This document shows, one piece after another, positions 1-10,699 of a stretch of 64,000 nt of DNA. The number at the start of each line of letters is the position of its first letter. Positions within the stretch are counted from its first letter, which is position 1. Source of the DNA: Candidatus Omnitrophota bacterium. Its GTDB lineage: Bacteria > Omnitrophota > Gorgyraeia > B26-G9 > JBDRCZ01. Below the pieces are notes generated by a model. That model saw nothing but the letters and a program-made list of their open reading frames with translations. It had not been told where the DNA came from and did not search any database. The stretch is taken from the NCBI GenBank assembly GCA_043821285.1, contig JBDRCZ010000073.1:3564-67563 (forward strand). Direction: 5' to 3'. Both the position numbers and the translations under genes were made by a program.

Positions 1-503
1 GTTCTGTCATTATCGCTTCTCTCGTAAGCGTTCCATCTATAGCAAATTTTCTGCAAATTTATCTGAATAAAGTAATCGGGCCAATCCTGTTAATTGTCGG
101 ATTGTTTCTTCTTGACGTTATCAGGTTCGGTTCATTTTCTTTTTCGTTGTCTCATGAAAGGCAGAGCAAGCTGGCTGAGTCAGGAGCTGGCGGAGCATTT
201 CTTCTCGGGATGCTTTTTGCCTTATCCTTTTGTCCTATTGCGGCAGCACTGTTTTTTGGGAGCCTTATCCCACTTGCATTGAACAGTAAAATGGGGATGA
301 CTTATCCTTTCATTTACGGTATAGGGACAGGAATTCCTGTTGCCATTTTTGCGCTGGGGATTGTTTTTGGTGTGAAGTCGTTTTCGAAATGGTTTCATAA
401 GACTACAAAGTTGGAATTGTGGGCAAGAAAGATTACAGGCGCGATATTTCTTGTGGTAGGGATATATTTTGTCTGGGCACATATTTTGATTAATTATCTA
501 TAA
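1..503 (+). CDS. CcdA/DsbD-like transmembrane thiol-disulfide transporter, 5' partial (frame open to window start)
   Basis: Reading frame of ORF 102..503 is open back to base 3. Hydrophobic helices; motif GMLFALSFCPIAA resembles the second Cys motif of the CcdA/DsbD TM domain. Sits immediately upstream of acr3, as in many ars operons. Confidence 0.4.
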   Translation, partial: SVIIASLVSVPSIANFLQIYLNKVIGPILLIVGLFLLDVIRFGSFSFSLSHERQSKLAESGAGGAFLLGMLFALSFCPIAAALFFGSLIPLALNSKMGMTYPFIYGIGTGIPVAIFALGIVFGVKSFSKWFHKTTKLELWARKITGAIFLVVGIYFVWAHILINYL

Positions 504-523
504 GGAAATGAGGATATAGAAAA

Positions 524-1708
524 ATGAGCGAAAATATTGAAAGAAATATGTCAGTCTTTGAGAAGTATCTTACTGTCTGGGTGTTTTTGTGTATCTGTGG
601 GGGTATTTTAATTGGAAAAATTGCGCCTGGAATGGCGAAGTTTCTTGACGGATTTTCTATTTATGTTAATGACGCTCCTGTTGTTTCTATTCCTATTGCT
701 ATATGTCTTTTCTTCATGATGTATCCTATTATGGTTAAGATTGATTTTGCAAAAGTTATCAAGGCTGGTAAGTCGCCAAAACCTGTTGGGCTGACTTTGT
801 TTGTTAATTGGTTGATAAAGCCTTTTACTATGTATGGTATTGCTTTTTTGTTTTTAGGAGTTTTCTTTAAGGGTTTTATTGGTGCTGAGGCGGTGGATTT
901 TGTAAGGCTTCCTCCTGGCGCAGTGGACTGGGTGGTAGGCTCTCTTCATGGAGCAGGCACGGTGGTGATGCAGGAAGGTATCAAGATGCTTCAGGTGCCT
1001 TTGTGGAGAAGTTATTTTGCTGGATGTATTCTTCTCGGGATTGCGCCTTGTACGGCTATGGTTTTGGTTTGGGGATTTCTTGCAAAAGGCAATGACGGGC
1101 ACACGCTTGTTATGGTAGCTATCAATTCTTTAACTATGCTTTTGCTTTACGGTGTTTTGGGTGGTTTTCTTCTCGGTGTTGGAAGGATGCCTGTTCCGTG
1201 GCAAGCGTTGCTGTTATCTATTGCTATCTATGTTGCGTTGCCGTTAGTTGCCGGATACTTTTCAAGAAAATGGATTATAGGCCATAAAGGGATAGATTGG
1301 TTCAATGAGAAGTTTTTGCATGTGCTTTCGCCAGCATCAATAATTGCTTTGCTTTTTACGTTGGTTCTTTTGTTCTCTTTTAAAGGGGCAGTTATCCTTG
1401 CTAAGCCGTTGACGATTTTATGGATTGCAATTCCTTTATTTATTCAGACATGCTTGATATTTGGTATAACATATTGGTTGGCGAAGAAATTGAGGTTGAG
1501 TTATGAGGATGCGGCTCCTTCGGCAATGATTGGTGCAAGCAATCACTTCGAAGTCGCTATTGCGACAGCAACTATGCTCTTTGGGCTTTCGTCAGGAGCG
1601 GCACTTGCGACAGTGGTGGGAGTGTTGATTGAGGTTCCTGTGATGCTGATGCTTGTTAAGGTGTGTCTGAAGACTAAGCATCTCTTTGGTGCTGAGGTGA
1701 AGACATGA
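524..1708 (+). CDS. acr3: arsenite efflux transporter, ACR3 family
   Basis: 394 aa polytopic membrane protein. N-terminal region ([28 protein letters not shown]) matches ACR3/ArsB (YqcL-type) signatures. Confidence 0.88.
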   Translation: MSENIERNMSVFEKYLTVWVFLCICGGILIGKIAPGMAKFLDGFSIYVNDAPVVSIPIAICLFFMMYPIMVKIDFAKVIKAGKSPKPVGLTLFVNWLIKPFTMYGIAFLFLGVFFKGFIGAEAVDFVRLPPGAVDWVVGSLHGAGTVVMQEGIKMLQVPLWRSYFAGCILLGIAPCTAMVLVWGFLAKGNDGHTLVMVAINSLTMLLLYGVLGGFLLGVGRMPVPWQALLLSIAIYVALPLVAGYFSRKWIIGHKGIDWFNEKFLHVLSPASIIALLFTLVLLFSFKGAVILAKPLTILWIAIPLFIQTCLIFGITYWLAKKLRLSYEDAAPSAMIGASNHFEVAIATATMLFGLSSGAALATVVGVLIEVPVMLMLVKVCLKTKHLFGAEVKT

Positions 1709-1783
1709 AGAAAGAAGAGAGAGTGTTAAATTAGCACTGTCCATCTTTCTCCGTTTTTCTTGTTGTTTTGCCCTGCATATATA

Positions 1784-2650
1784 TTAATTGAAAAGTTCGG
1801 ATTTTTGGGGGTCTCGGGGAGGATCGAGGCAATCTCGTTTGATAGTTCCCACCCAGCCTTCTGCATATGGATTGAGGTTTGGTGATTTGTAAGGGATTCT
1901 TTTGACGTCTATGCCGCATTGGTTGAATATTTCGTCAAATTCTTTTGAATACTTGTTGTCACCGTCCCGGACAAGGAGTTTTTGCGAGTTTTCCTTTGTT
2001 TCAAAGAAGAAGGATATTGTTTTGGCTTTTTTGTTGACCCATTCTTTGGTTGGATTCTTGGTTATGCCGGCTATGCGCACTTTTCGCGTATGGACGTTTA
2101 TAAAGAAGAGTGCGTGGAAGGTTTTTGGTCCCAGGGCTGTCCAGACGGTTTTAGTGAAGAAGTCGCAGGCCCAGAGGGTCTTGAAGTGGCGTTTGATGAA
2201 TTCGTCCCATGAGTCTTCGCCGCGTTTGGGTAAAGGGTCTATGCCGTTTTCAATCAGGATGTTCTTTACGGTGTTTCGGGATACGCTTTTAATACGGAGC
2301 TTCTTGAGTTCTCCCAAGATTCTTGTGTAGCCCCATTTGTTTTCTCTGGCGAGGCGGACTATAAGGGCCCGGATTTCTTCAGGGGTAGTTCGCGGTCGTC
2401 CGGCTTTTTTAGCTGTAATTTGATTGTCGGGGTAGCCGTTGACCCATCTTCGGAATGTGGAATAGCTCACGATTGAGATTGTCTTTTTTATACTTCCATT
2501 TAGGGGTAGGCCGAATTTTATGAGTTTGCGCCGTTCGCTTGCCGTTGCAATAATGCGCTTTGGGCACCGGATCCTTAGAATTTGGTTTTCAACTCTGAGA
2601 AATTCGATTTGCCGCTTGAGGTCACTGCGGACTACATTCCCTAAAAGCAT
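1784..2650 (-). mobile_element. DDE transposase (HTH + rve integrase core, IS481/IS3-like), C-terminally truncated remnant
   Basis: N-terminal HTH followed by a D..D..E core (DGDNKYSKEF...NPYAEGWVGTIKRDCLD). Protein stops right after the CLD motif, where full-length rve transposases continue for about 60-80 aa. No clear terminal inverted repeats seen. Confidence 0.7.
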
Positions 2651-2742
2651 GAGAAACTTCTGGAAAAATAAGCTATTTATTTTTAACCGCTTATAGCGGT
2701 CTCATAATTATTGCACCCCACTGGCAACTTCTGCCAAAAAAA

Positions 2743-3138
2743 TTATGATCTATGGCTACTTCTGAGGCTTCTTTCCGTTATCTGTTCTATCTTTCCATTA
2801 GCCAAAATGCGATCCCGTTCTTCCTGTGGTAGCTTTAGGAGGTTCAGAATCTGCGTTACGCGTACCCGCGATATTCCCAGTTTTAAGGCAAGTGTTGTCT
2901 GCGAAACATCTTCCTTTTTCATCAGTCGTTCAAATTCCATAGCTTGAGCTATCGGGTTTACATATGACTCGATATGCTTAAGGTGTCGAAGCCCTTTCTT
3001 TGTAATAATCCGATTTCTTGGTATAAAAGCGGGTTTCGGGCCTCTGAAGATGGTTTTGGTCTTATTGTGGAAGCGGTAGTAATACTGGAGGATCTCGGTA
3101 AGAACGTGCCCTGAATTTGTTCGCTGAGTGTATTGCAC
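2743..3138 (-). CDS. ParB-like HTH protein (lacks the canonical N-terminal ParB/Srx domain)
   Basis: Segment GISRVRVTQILNLLKLPQEERDRI matches the ParB HTH signature (SRSxVxNxLRLLKLPEE). 131 aa only; its start overlaps the start of the downstream methyltransferase on the other strand. Confidence 0.5.
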   Translation of the reverse strand: MQYTQRTNSGHVLTEILQYYYRFHNKTKTIFRGPKPAFIPRNRIITKKGLRHLKHIESYVNPIAQAMEFERLMKKEDVSQTTLALKLGISRVRVTQILNLLKLPQEERDRILANGKIEQITERSLRSSHRS

Positions 3139-4296
3139 GGGGAGGAGCTTAAGATAACCGGAAATGTATTTGATCCATTTTGTGGAAGTGGAACGACGTT
3201 ATTAGCGGCAAGAGATAATAGTTTAAATTCATTCGGAATAGATGTAAACCCCATTTCGGTTTTAGTTGCAAAAGTCGAGAATGAACAATATGGTGATATT
3301 GAGATTGAAAACGTTAGTTATGAGATAAGTAAAATCCGTGCACTTGCAAAGTCGGAAGAGGTTCTTTATACCCCCTTTGATCTCGCAGGTAAGGTTTTCA
3401 ATCGGGGAATACTTAATTCTTTATTACAATTGAAAAATTATATAAATAAGATTGCAAGCGAAAAGATACGAAATTTGATTTTTGTCGCTTGGCTTTCAAT
3501 TATCGAAAGTATTTCAAATGTTAAAAAAGAAGGAAACGGAATTAAATACAAAAATAGAAAGAGAACATCAAATGGTTATATAAATATAAACAAAGATATC
3601 TGGGAAGAACAGGTTTTCCCCGAAGATAAGTTCAACTTTGTTAAAAACAAGCTTTTAAACCATTTAGAGGTTATTTTGGCTGATATAAGTTATAACTATG
3701 GCAGTTGCGAAAAGAAACCTTATATTTTTAAAGGAAGCTGCTTGGAGTTTACTGAATTTTTTTTAGATGAAATTCAGTTTACCTTTTTTTCGCCACCCTA
3801 CTGCAACTGTTTTGATTATTTTGAAATTCATAAAGTTGAATTATGGCTTGGTGATTTTGTTCCCAGCAAAGAAGAATTCAGATTACTTAGAAACACTGGG
3901 TTTCGATCAAATACTAATTCACTTAATCATAAACTTATTATTAATAGTAATAAGTATCTCGAGAATTTAATTTCATTGTTTGATCGCGAAAAACTTTGGA
4001 ATAACCGAATTCCTAATGTTGTGAGGGGCTACTTTGATGATATGTATAGGTTTTTGACCAAACTATACCAACAAACCGTAAAAAATGGTTATGTTGGTAT
4101 AGTCGTGGGTAATTCTGCATATTCGGGCGTAATAATTCCATCTGACATTTTAATCGCTGATATTGCAAAAGAAATCGGATTTAAAGTAAAAAATATTTTT
4201 GTAACAAGGCATCTAACTACAAGTTCACAACAAAAACAAAAGTTAGAATATTTAAAAAATTATTTACGTGAAAGTATTGTATTATTAGAAAAATGA
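3133..4296 (+). CDS. DNA methyltransferase (N6-adenine or N4-cytosine, SPPY motif IV)
   Basis: Motif I DPFCGSGTT near the N-terminus and motif IV FFSPPYCNCFDY about 200 aa later. This is the alpha-like arrangement with an intervening target-recognition region. Confidence 0.85.
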   Translation: MHGEELKITGNVFDPFCGSGTTLLAARDNSLNSFGIDVNPISVLVAKVENEQYGDIEIENVSYEISKIRALAKSEEVLYTPFDLAGKVFNRGILNSLLQLKNYINKIASEKIRNLIFVAWLSIIESISNVKKEGNGIKYKNRKRTSNGYININKDIWEEQVFPEDKFNFVKNKLLNHLEVILADISYNYGSCEKKPYIFKGSCLEFTEFFLDEIQFTFFSPPYCNCFDYFEIHKVELWLGDFVPSKEEFRLLRNTGFRSNTNSLNHKLIINSNKYLENLISLFDREKLWNNRIPNVVRGYFDDMYRFLTKLYQQTVKNGYVGIVVGNSAYSGVIIPSDILIADIAKEIGFKVKNIFVTRHLTTSSQQKQKLEYLKNYLRESIVLLEK

Positions 4297-5622
4297 ACCT
4301 ATCCGCGAAATATATTCATGTTAAAGAGAATGTGCCGCAAAATATCAAGCGGAATGCAATTTTAAATATTAGCACAAATGGAGTGACGGCTTTTACCCAC
4401 GGGTTCCATAAATACCCAGCTAAGTTTATTCCTCTTATTCCACGATGGGCAATAAAAAAATATCTCAATGGAAGTAAGAACAAAACTATTCTTGATCCTT
4501 TTTGCGGATCTGGTACTACCTTAGTTGAAGGAATTTTAGCAGGGCACAACGCAATTGGTTTTGATATTGACCCATTATCTTCAATGATTTCGAAGGCTAA
4601 AACAACAAGAGTTGATGTGATTGGGCTAAATGAAGTGGCAAATTGGCTCATAAATGGAATTAAGAATAGGAAAAAAGGACTATTTAAACCCGATTGTGAA
4701 ACCATTGAGCATTGGTTCACAGACGATGCTATAAGAAAACTCTCAATAATTAGGACACTAATAAATCAAATTCCTGATAAATTCGGAACAGATAAAAAAA
4801 CAAAAGACATACAAAAGTTGCTTTTGATCTGTTTTTCTTCAATTATTAGACGTGTTTCAAATGCGGATGATGAATCACAAAAAACCTACGTATCTCATAC
4901 TAAAATTAAAGAACCCGAAGAAGTATTCGCCTTATTTCTTTCACAACTTAATCTTTTTATTGAAAGAATTTCAAGGTTTTCAGAAATTACAGATCCAAAG
5001 CTAACGAGTAAAGTTGTTTGTTCTTCAAGTATACAATCGTTGACAAAAAAAATAACAAAGCAAACCATCGATTTAGCGGTTACTTCCCCCCCCATACATT
5101 AAGGCAATTGATTATATTTATAATCAAATGGTTGAGCTATTCTGGGTTGGGGGTTTGTTTGATATGCAAACGCAGGGGAGACAAAATGTCAAGAAAAAAG
5201 ACTATATTGGTAACAAGCATTTGAAGAAAACTGAGTTCATAAATTATGATCCCTACAATAACCCATTACATATTAAGCGGTTGGATAAAAAACTTCAAAA
5301 GGTATTTGATAGCGATAAAAAGAATGGCCACAGGCATTCTTATGTAACTTTTAAATATTTTGATGATATGGAGAAGCATTTTTCAGAAATGGCGAAATGT
5401 TTAATAAAAGGTACTCATTATGTGATGGTAGTTGGAGATAGTTCAGTAAGCGAGATTTCTTTTGAAACTGCAGATTTTCTCGTTGCTTTAGCTGAGAGAA
5501 ATCAGTTTAAGGCTGTTGACAAATGGGGTTATAAAATTAAAAATCGGTATATGCGATTCGATCGAAAAGGCAGAGGCGGGATAATTGAAATTGATTGGGT
5601 GATTGATTTTGAAAAGAAATAA
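4293..5622 (+). pseudogene. second DNA methyltransferase (SPPY family), interrupted by a +1 frameshift in a C8 homopolymer (ORFs 4293..5102 and 5128..5622)
   Basis: LDPFCGSGTT motif I; the ORF ends AVTSPPIH*, immediately after the C8 run at 5086-5093. Removing one C gives TSPPYIKAIDYIYNQMVELFWV..., fusing in frame with ORF 5128..5622 into one MTase of about 442 aa. Confidence 0.8.
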
Positions 5623-5957
5623 TTTGACACTTGCCAAGTTTTATCCCAAAATTTGCATTAGAAATATTAAGCAGCAGTAACGTCTTTATAACTTAGTCGG
5701 TAAAAAAAGAATATCTGCAGCAAAAAGATACATGCAAATTTCGGGATACCAGAGTAACAAGTCTAAATCCTATACGGAGTTAGACTATCGGCCCTTCGGG
5801 CAAATTTTACCTAATGCAAAATTTGGGTTTATAGCAGTATATCTTTATTTTTACAAGTTTTACGCTCTCTCCGTCAATAAACACCGCGGTGTCCTTAAAA
5901 AATTAATCGTTTGCAGCCAAACAGTAGCGAATAGCTTATAATTTTCTAATTTATTAT

Positions 5958-5986
5958 TTGACAAAAGGACAGTTTTCGGTTAAAAT
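5958..5986 (+). promoter_or_regulatory. sigma70-type promoter upstream of the fdh operon (TTGACA-N17-TAAAAT)
   Basis: TTGACA at 5958-5963, 17-nt spacer, TAAAAT at 5981-5986; about 58 nt upstream of the ATG at 6045. Confidence 0.5.
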
Positions 5987-6044
5987 CTTACAAAAGTAAA
6001 ACATTGTTACAGTTTTCACAAACTCAGGAAGGATTGGAGTAATT

Positions 6045-7760
6045 ATGAATAAAAAAGCAATAAGCAGGATCCAGAAAATTATCGCGCAGTATCCGGATAA
6101 AAGGTCAGCTTTAATCCCGGCATTAGATGCGGCCCAGCGCGCGAATGACAATTATCTTTCAAGAGAAGATATCCGGGAAATCGCGAAAATCATGGCGATC
6201 AGTGAAAGTAATGCTTTTGGCGCGGCTACCTTTTATACAATGTTCAATACAAAACATACCGGGAAATATCATCTTCAGGTTGATACAAATGTGCCGGGGT
6301 TTTTAACCGGCGCAGATGAGATCTTTGCCTGCCTGGAAAATAAACTCAAGATAAAAAATGGTGAAACGACAAAAGACGGCCTGTTTACTTTATCAAAGGT
6401 TGAGGACCTGGCATCCTGCGGGACGTGTCCGGTTATTCAGGTGAATGATACTTATTATGAAAATCTGGACGTTGAAAAAACAGATAAATTAATCGAGGCG
6501 CTTAAAAGAGGGGAAGAACCGGAACCGGATACTTCCGCAAATTATGGTACAAAATGTGATATCCTTTTGAAAAACCGCGGGAAAAAAAATAGTACGGACA
6601 TCGCGGTTTATAAACAAGGCGGAGGTTATCGTTCTCTGGAAAAGGCGCTTAGACTAGGGCCTGCGGAAGTCGTGGAAATGGTTAAAGTTGCCATGATAAA
6701 AGGAAGAGGCGGTGCCGGTTTTCCGGCCGGGACAAAATGGGGGTTCCTGCCAAAAAATGACCCGCGGCCGGTTTATCTTATATGTAATGCTGACGAAGGT
6801 GAGCCGGGAACTTTTAAAGACCGCCAGATCATGCAGTATGATCCGCATTTACTGATTGAAGGCATGGCGGTTTCCGCATATGCTATTGGAGCAAAAACCG
6901 CGTTTATATACATCAGAGGTGAATTTAGATGGATTTCAGAGATACTTGAAAAAGCAGTTAAACAGGCAAAAGCCGATAAGAAACTGGGGCATGTTGAGAT
7001 AATCGTTCACCGCGGCGCCGGGGCTTATGTATGCGGAGATGAAACTGCTTTAATGGAGTCGCTTGAAGGAAAACGGGGAAACCCGCGGAATAAGCCGCCG
7101 TTTCCGGCAAACGTTGGATTATACGGTTGTCCGACAATTATAAATAACGTAGAAACGCTTGCCTGTATACCTTTTATTGTTGAAAGAGGTGCCGCGGCTT
7201 TTAAACAAATAGGGACAAGCGGTAATTTTGGACCGAAATTATTCGGCGTAAGCGGACATGTCCATAAACCAGGTGTTTATGAGTTTCCTTTAGGAACTTC
7301 CCTGACAGCTGTTCTTGAGGCGGCCGGAGGAGTTAAGGGCAGGATGAAAGCGGTTATTGTCGGAGGGTTATCTGTTCCGATCCTTAAATCAGAAGAGGCA
7401 AAGGGGCTGAACCTGGATTTTGATGCATGTCTTAAAGCCGGTACGATGCTTGGATCCGGCGGTGTAATCGTTATAAATGATACGACTTCAATCCCGGAGC
7501 TGGCACTTAGAACAATTAGTTTTTATGCCCATGAGTCATGCGGACAGTGCGTGCCGTGCCGGGAAGGAGCGAATCTTGTTAAAGGCAGGATGGAAAAACT
7601 GGTAAAGGGTAAAGGGACGATAACGGATATTGACCTTATTTTAGAGGTGTGTAAAAACGTTCAGGGTTTAACACTTTGTCCCTTAGGCGATGCCTTTGCA
7701 ATCCCGGTTGAAGCAATGGTATTAAAATTTAGAGAAGAATTTGAAGCTTTGGTAAAATAA
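6045..7760 (+). CDS. NAD(H)-binding diaphorase subunit, NuoE-like [2Fe-2S] domain fused to NuoF-like FMN/NAD/[4Fe-4S] domain (FdsB/HoxF-like formate dehydrogenase beta subunit)
   Basis: N-terminal thioredoxin-like ferredoxin region (ASCGTCPVIQVND); GRGGAGFPAGTKW (FMN/NADH site); ESCGQCVPCREG (NuoF 4Fe-4S motif). Confidence 0.85.
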   Translation: MNKKAISRIQKIIAQYPDKRSALIPALDAAQRANDNYLSREDIREIAKIMAISESNAFGAATFYTMFNTKHTGKYHLQVDTNVPGFLTGADEIFACLENKLKIKNGETTKDGLFTLSKVEDLASCGTCPVIQVNDTYYENLDVEKTDKLIEALKRGEEPEPDTSANYGTKCDILLKNRGKKNSTDIAVYKQGGGYRSLEKALRLGPAEVVEMVKVAMIKGRGGAGFPAGTKWGFLPKNDPRPVYLICNADEGEPGTFKDRQIMQYDPHLLIEGMAVSAYAIGAKTAFIYIRGEFRWISEILEKAVKQAKADKKLGHVEIIVHRGAGAYVCGDETALMESLEGKRGNPRNKPPFPANVGLYGCPTIINNVETLACIPFIVERGAAAFKQIGTSGNFGPKLFGVSGHVHKPGVYEFPLGTSLTAVLEAAGGVKGRMKAVIVGGLSVPILKSEEAKGLNLDFDACLKAGTMLGSGGVIVINDTTSIPELALRTISFYAHESCGQCVPCREGANLVKGRMEKLVKGKGTITDIDLILEVCKNVQGLTLCPLGDAFAIPVEAMVLKFREEFEALVK

Positions 7761-7879
7761 GGGAGTAGTGATAGAGCATATAAGTAGTGTTAAAAATGAA
7801 AGGAAATTATAATGAATAAATTAAAAATGGAAAGATTATTCCTAAGATTATTTTGTAATCTAATCAAGGAGGGAGACGT

Positions 7880-10615
7880 ATGTTGATAAAAATTGATGGA
7901 AAGGAAGTTGTCTTTGAAGAGGGAAAGACGATTCTTCAGGCTGCCCGGGAGAATGGGGTTTATATCCCAACGCTTTGTTATCATCAGAAGACCGGGCCGG
8001 GGAATAAGTGCCGGATTTGTGTGGTTAGGGTGGAAGGCATGCGCGGACTGCAGACCGCGTGTTCTGTTCCGGCAGCAGATGGAATGGTTGTTACTACTGA
8101 GACAGAAGAAATTATTGCTGCCAGAAAAATGATTGTTAATCTGCTGCTGGCAAACGGTCATCATGATTGTCTTGCGTGTGAGAAAAACGGCGGGTGTGAA
8201 CTGCAGGATGTTGCTTACAGACTGGGGATTGAAACGCCGGCTTTTATTATAGAGAGCGCGAAGACGGCGAAGGATGAGTCTTCGGAGATGATTGTGCGCG
8301 ATCATTCAAGATGTATACAGTGCGGACGCTGTATCGAAGCATGTAATAAAACGGTAGTGAATGAAGTCCTGGATTTTGGTTATCGCGGGCATGAAAGCCG
8401 GGTTATTTGTGATGATGATCAGCTGATGGGGAAGTCAAGTTGTGTTCAGTGTGGTGAATGTGTTCAGCTTTGTCCGGTCGGCGCAATAATTGACAAGAAA
8501 TCTATTGGCCAGGGACGGCTATGGGAAATGGAGAAGGTAAATACGACGTGCGGATATTGCGGCGTGGGCTGCCAGCTTACGCTTCATGTTGACCGGCAGA
8601 AAAATAAAATCGTAAAGGTGACCGGAAGAGAGTCTGTTCCGAATGAAGGAATGTTATGTGTTAAGGGCCGATATGGATATGAGTTTCCTTCCAGTGAAAA
8701 CAGGCTGAAATACCCGATGATCAAAAAAAACGGTAAGCAGGTGAGAGTAACATGGGAAGAGGCGCTGGATTATACGGCAGAGAAGATAAAATCTATCGTG
8801 GGCCGTGATGGTCCGGATGTCTTTTCTGCTTTTGGGTCAGGCCGGATAACCAATGAAAACAACTATGCGATGATGAAGTTTACGCGGGCGGTGATTAAGA
8901 CAAATAATGTCGACCATTGTGCCCGTACCTGACACGCTCCGACGGTGGCCGGTCTGGCTGCTGCTTTTGGCTCAGGCGCGATGACAAACTCTATTAAAGA
9001 AATCGGGGATGCGGAAGTATTGTTCGTTATTGGTTCTAATACAACCGAGGCACATCCGGTTATTTCTTATTTTATGAAAAGGGCGGTTAAAAAAGGCGGG
9101 ACACTTATTGTTAATGATCCGCGTAAGATTGATTTAACAAGATGGGCGACAATGCATGTTCAGCATAAAGTCGGTACGGACATCGCATATATTAACGGGA
9201 TTATCAACGAGATTTTTGCTCAGGGATGGGAAGATAAGGAATTCCTTAAGAATTGTACCGAAAACCCTGATGAAATCCGTGCCTGGGTTAAAGAGTATAC
9301 GCCGGAGAAGGCATCGGAGATTTGTGGTGTTCCGGTAGAGACCATTAAAAAAGTTGCCCGAATACTGGGGACTGCGAAGACGACCAGTGTATGCTATACC
9401 CTTGGGATAACTGAGCATATCTGCGGAACCGATAATGTCAAATCTATCGCAAATTTACAGATGGTGCTTGGTAACATGGGAAAATATGCCGGCGGGGTAA
9501 ACCCGTTAAGAGGACAGAACAACGTTCAGGGAGCCTGCGACATCGGCGCCCTGCCGAATGTCTATCATAATTATCAGAAGGTTGATGATCCTGCGGTTGC
9601 GCAGAAGTTTGAGAAAGCATGGGGTGTCGAAGGGTTATCAACGAAGGTTGGCTATAAGATGCCGACGATGCTCAGGAATGCCTTAAATGGCGGCACAAAG
9701 ATTCTCTATTGTGTAGGTGACAATACAGTACAGTCTGAACCGAACATGGCACATACGATTAAGGAACTGGAGGCATTGGAGTTTTTTATTGTATGTGACA
9801 TTTTCCCCAATATAACCACTCCTTATGCGGATGTCATTTTCCCTGATACCGCGTGGGGGGAGGAAGACGGTACGTTTACAAATTCAGAAAGAAGAATTCA
9901 AAGAGTGAAAGCAGCTTTAAAAGCACCCGGAGAAGCCTGTTCACATTGGTGGGTTCTTCAGGAGCTTGGTAAAAGACTTGGGGTTGACCTGGGCTTTACG
10001 TCTTCAGAGGCAGTGTGGGAAGATATGAGAAAAACCGCAACAAGTTATGCCGGAATTACATATAAGAGAATAGAAGAAGTCGGACTCCAGTGGCCGTGTC
10101 CAACCGAGGACCATCCGGGAACGCCTTTCCTGCATAAAAGCGGAAAGTTTGCCCGTGGTAAAGGATTGTTCTTTAAAACGAAATATGTTCTTCAGGCCGA
10201 ACCCCCGGATAATGACTATCCATTAATCCTCTCAACCGGAAGACGTTTATGGCACTATCATACAGCTACCCAGACAAGAAACTCAATTGGCCTTTCCGCG
10301 ATATTCCCTGAGGAATTACTGGAGATAAGTCCGGTTGATGCGAATAGGTTAGGTATAAAGACAGGTGATCTTGTGAAGGCCACCAGCCGCCGTGGTGAGA
10401 TTAAGGTAACCGCCTGGGTTACGGATAGATCTGCCCCGGGAGTTTGCTGGTGTTCATTTCATTTTTATGAAGCTTGCGGAAATACTTTAACTATCGATGA
10501 GTTTGATCCTTTGACCGAAACAGCCGAATATAAGGCCTGTGCGATTAAAGTGGAGAAGCTCAAAGATGGAAGTATTGATAGGGCAATTAAAGGCTGGCGA
10601 CAAGCAAGACCTTAA
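7880..10615 (+). CDS. fdhA: formate dehydrogenase alpha subunit, selenocysteine-containing (UGA-Sec at 8930-8932), with N-terminal 2Fe-2S/4Fe-4S ferredoxin domains and Mo/W-bis-PGD domain
   Basis: ORFs 7880..8932 and 8945..10615 are in the same frame, separated only by TGA. Context [28 protein letters not shown] aligns with E. coli FdhF ...CARV-U(140)-HGPSVAGL... N-terminus has NuoG-like CxxC...C clusters. Confidence 0.9.
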
Positions 10616-10640
10616 TCGTCCCGATTAATTATTGTAACTA

Positions 10641-10671
10641 AAAAAGGCCGCAATCTTGCGGCCTTTTTTTA
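10641..10671 (+). terminator. rho-independent terminator after fdhA
   Basis: AAAAAGGCCGCAATCTTGCGGCCTTTTTTT: perfect GC-rich stem, 4-nt loop, T-run. Confidence 0.7.
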
Positions 10672-10699
10672 TCCAAAATATTAAAAATCCGGGTTTGGT

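Noticed and set aside
2743-3138. ParB-like gene interpreted as a chromosome/plasmid partition locus
   Set aside because: No parA/Walker-type ATPase partner or parS-like repeats nearby, and the protein lacks the N-terminal ParB/Srx domain. More consistent with an MTase-associated or mobile-element-derived HTH fragment.
854-5095. Short minus-strand ORFs at 854..1102, 2958..3254, 4316..4720 and 4895..5095, and plus-strand ORFs at 2711..2947 and 3767..3970
   Set aside because: All lie inside or antisense to confidently assigned genes (acr3, ParB-like, methyltransferases) and show no domain features.
5732-5941. 69-aa ORF in the 420-nt gap upstream of the fdh promoter
   Set aside because: No RBS or family similarity, and the composition resembles noncoding spacer. 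I looked for a Moco-riboswitch-like structure in 5623-6044 but could not recognise its conserved elements by eye, so no call.
8933-8990. Attempt to identify the SECIS hairpin downstream of the fdhA UGA
   Set aside because: Candidate pairings (for example around GGCCGGTCTGGC) are short and ambiguous by eye. Sec assignment rests on alignment context and the presence of selABCD, not on a SECIS call.
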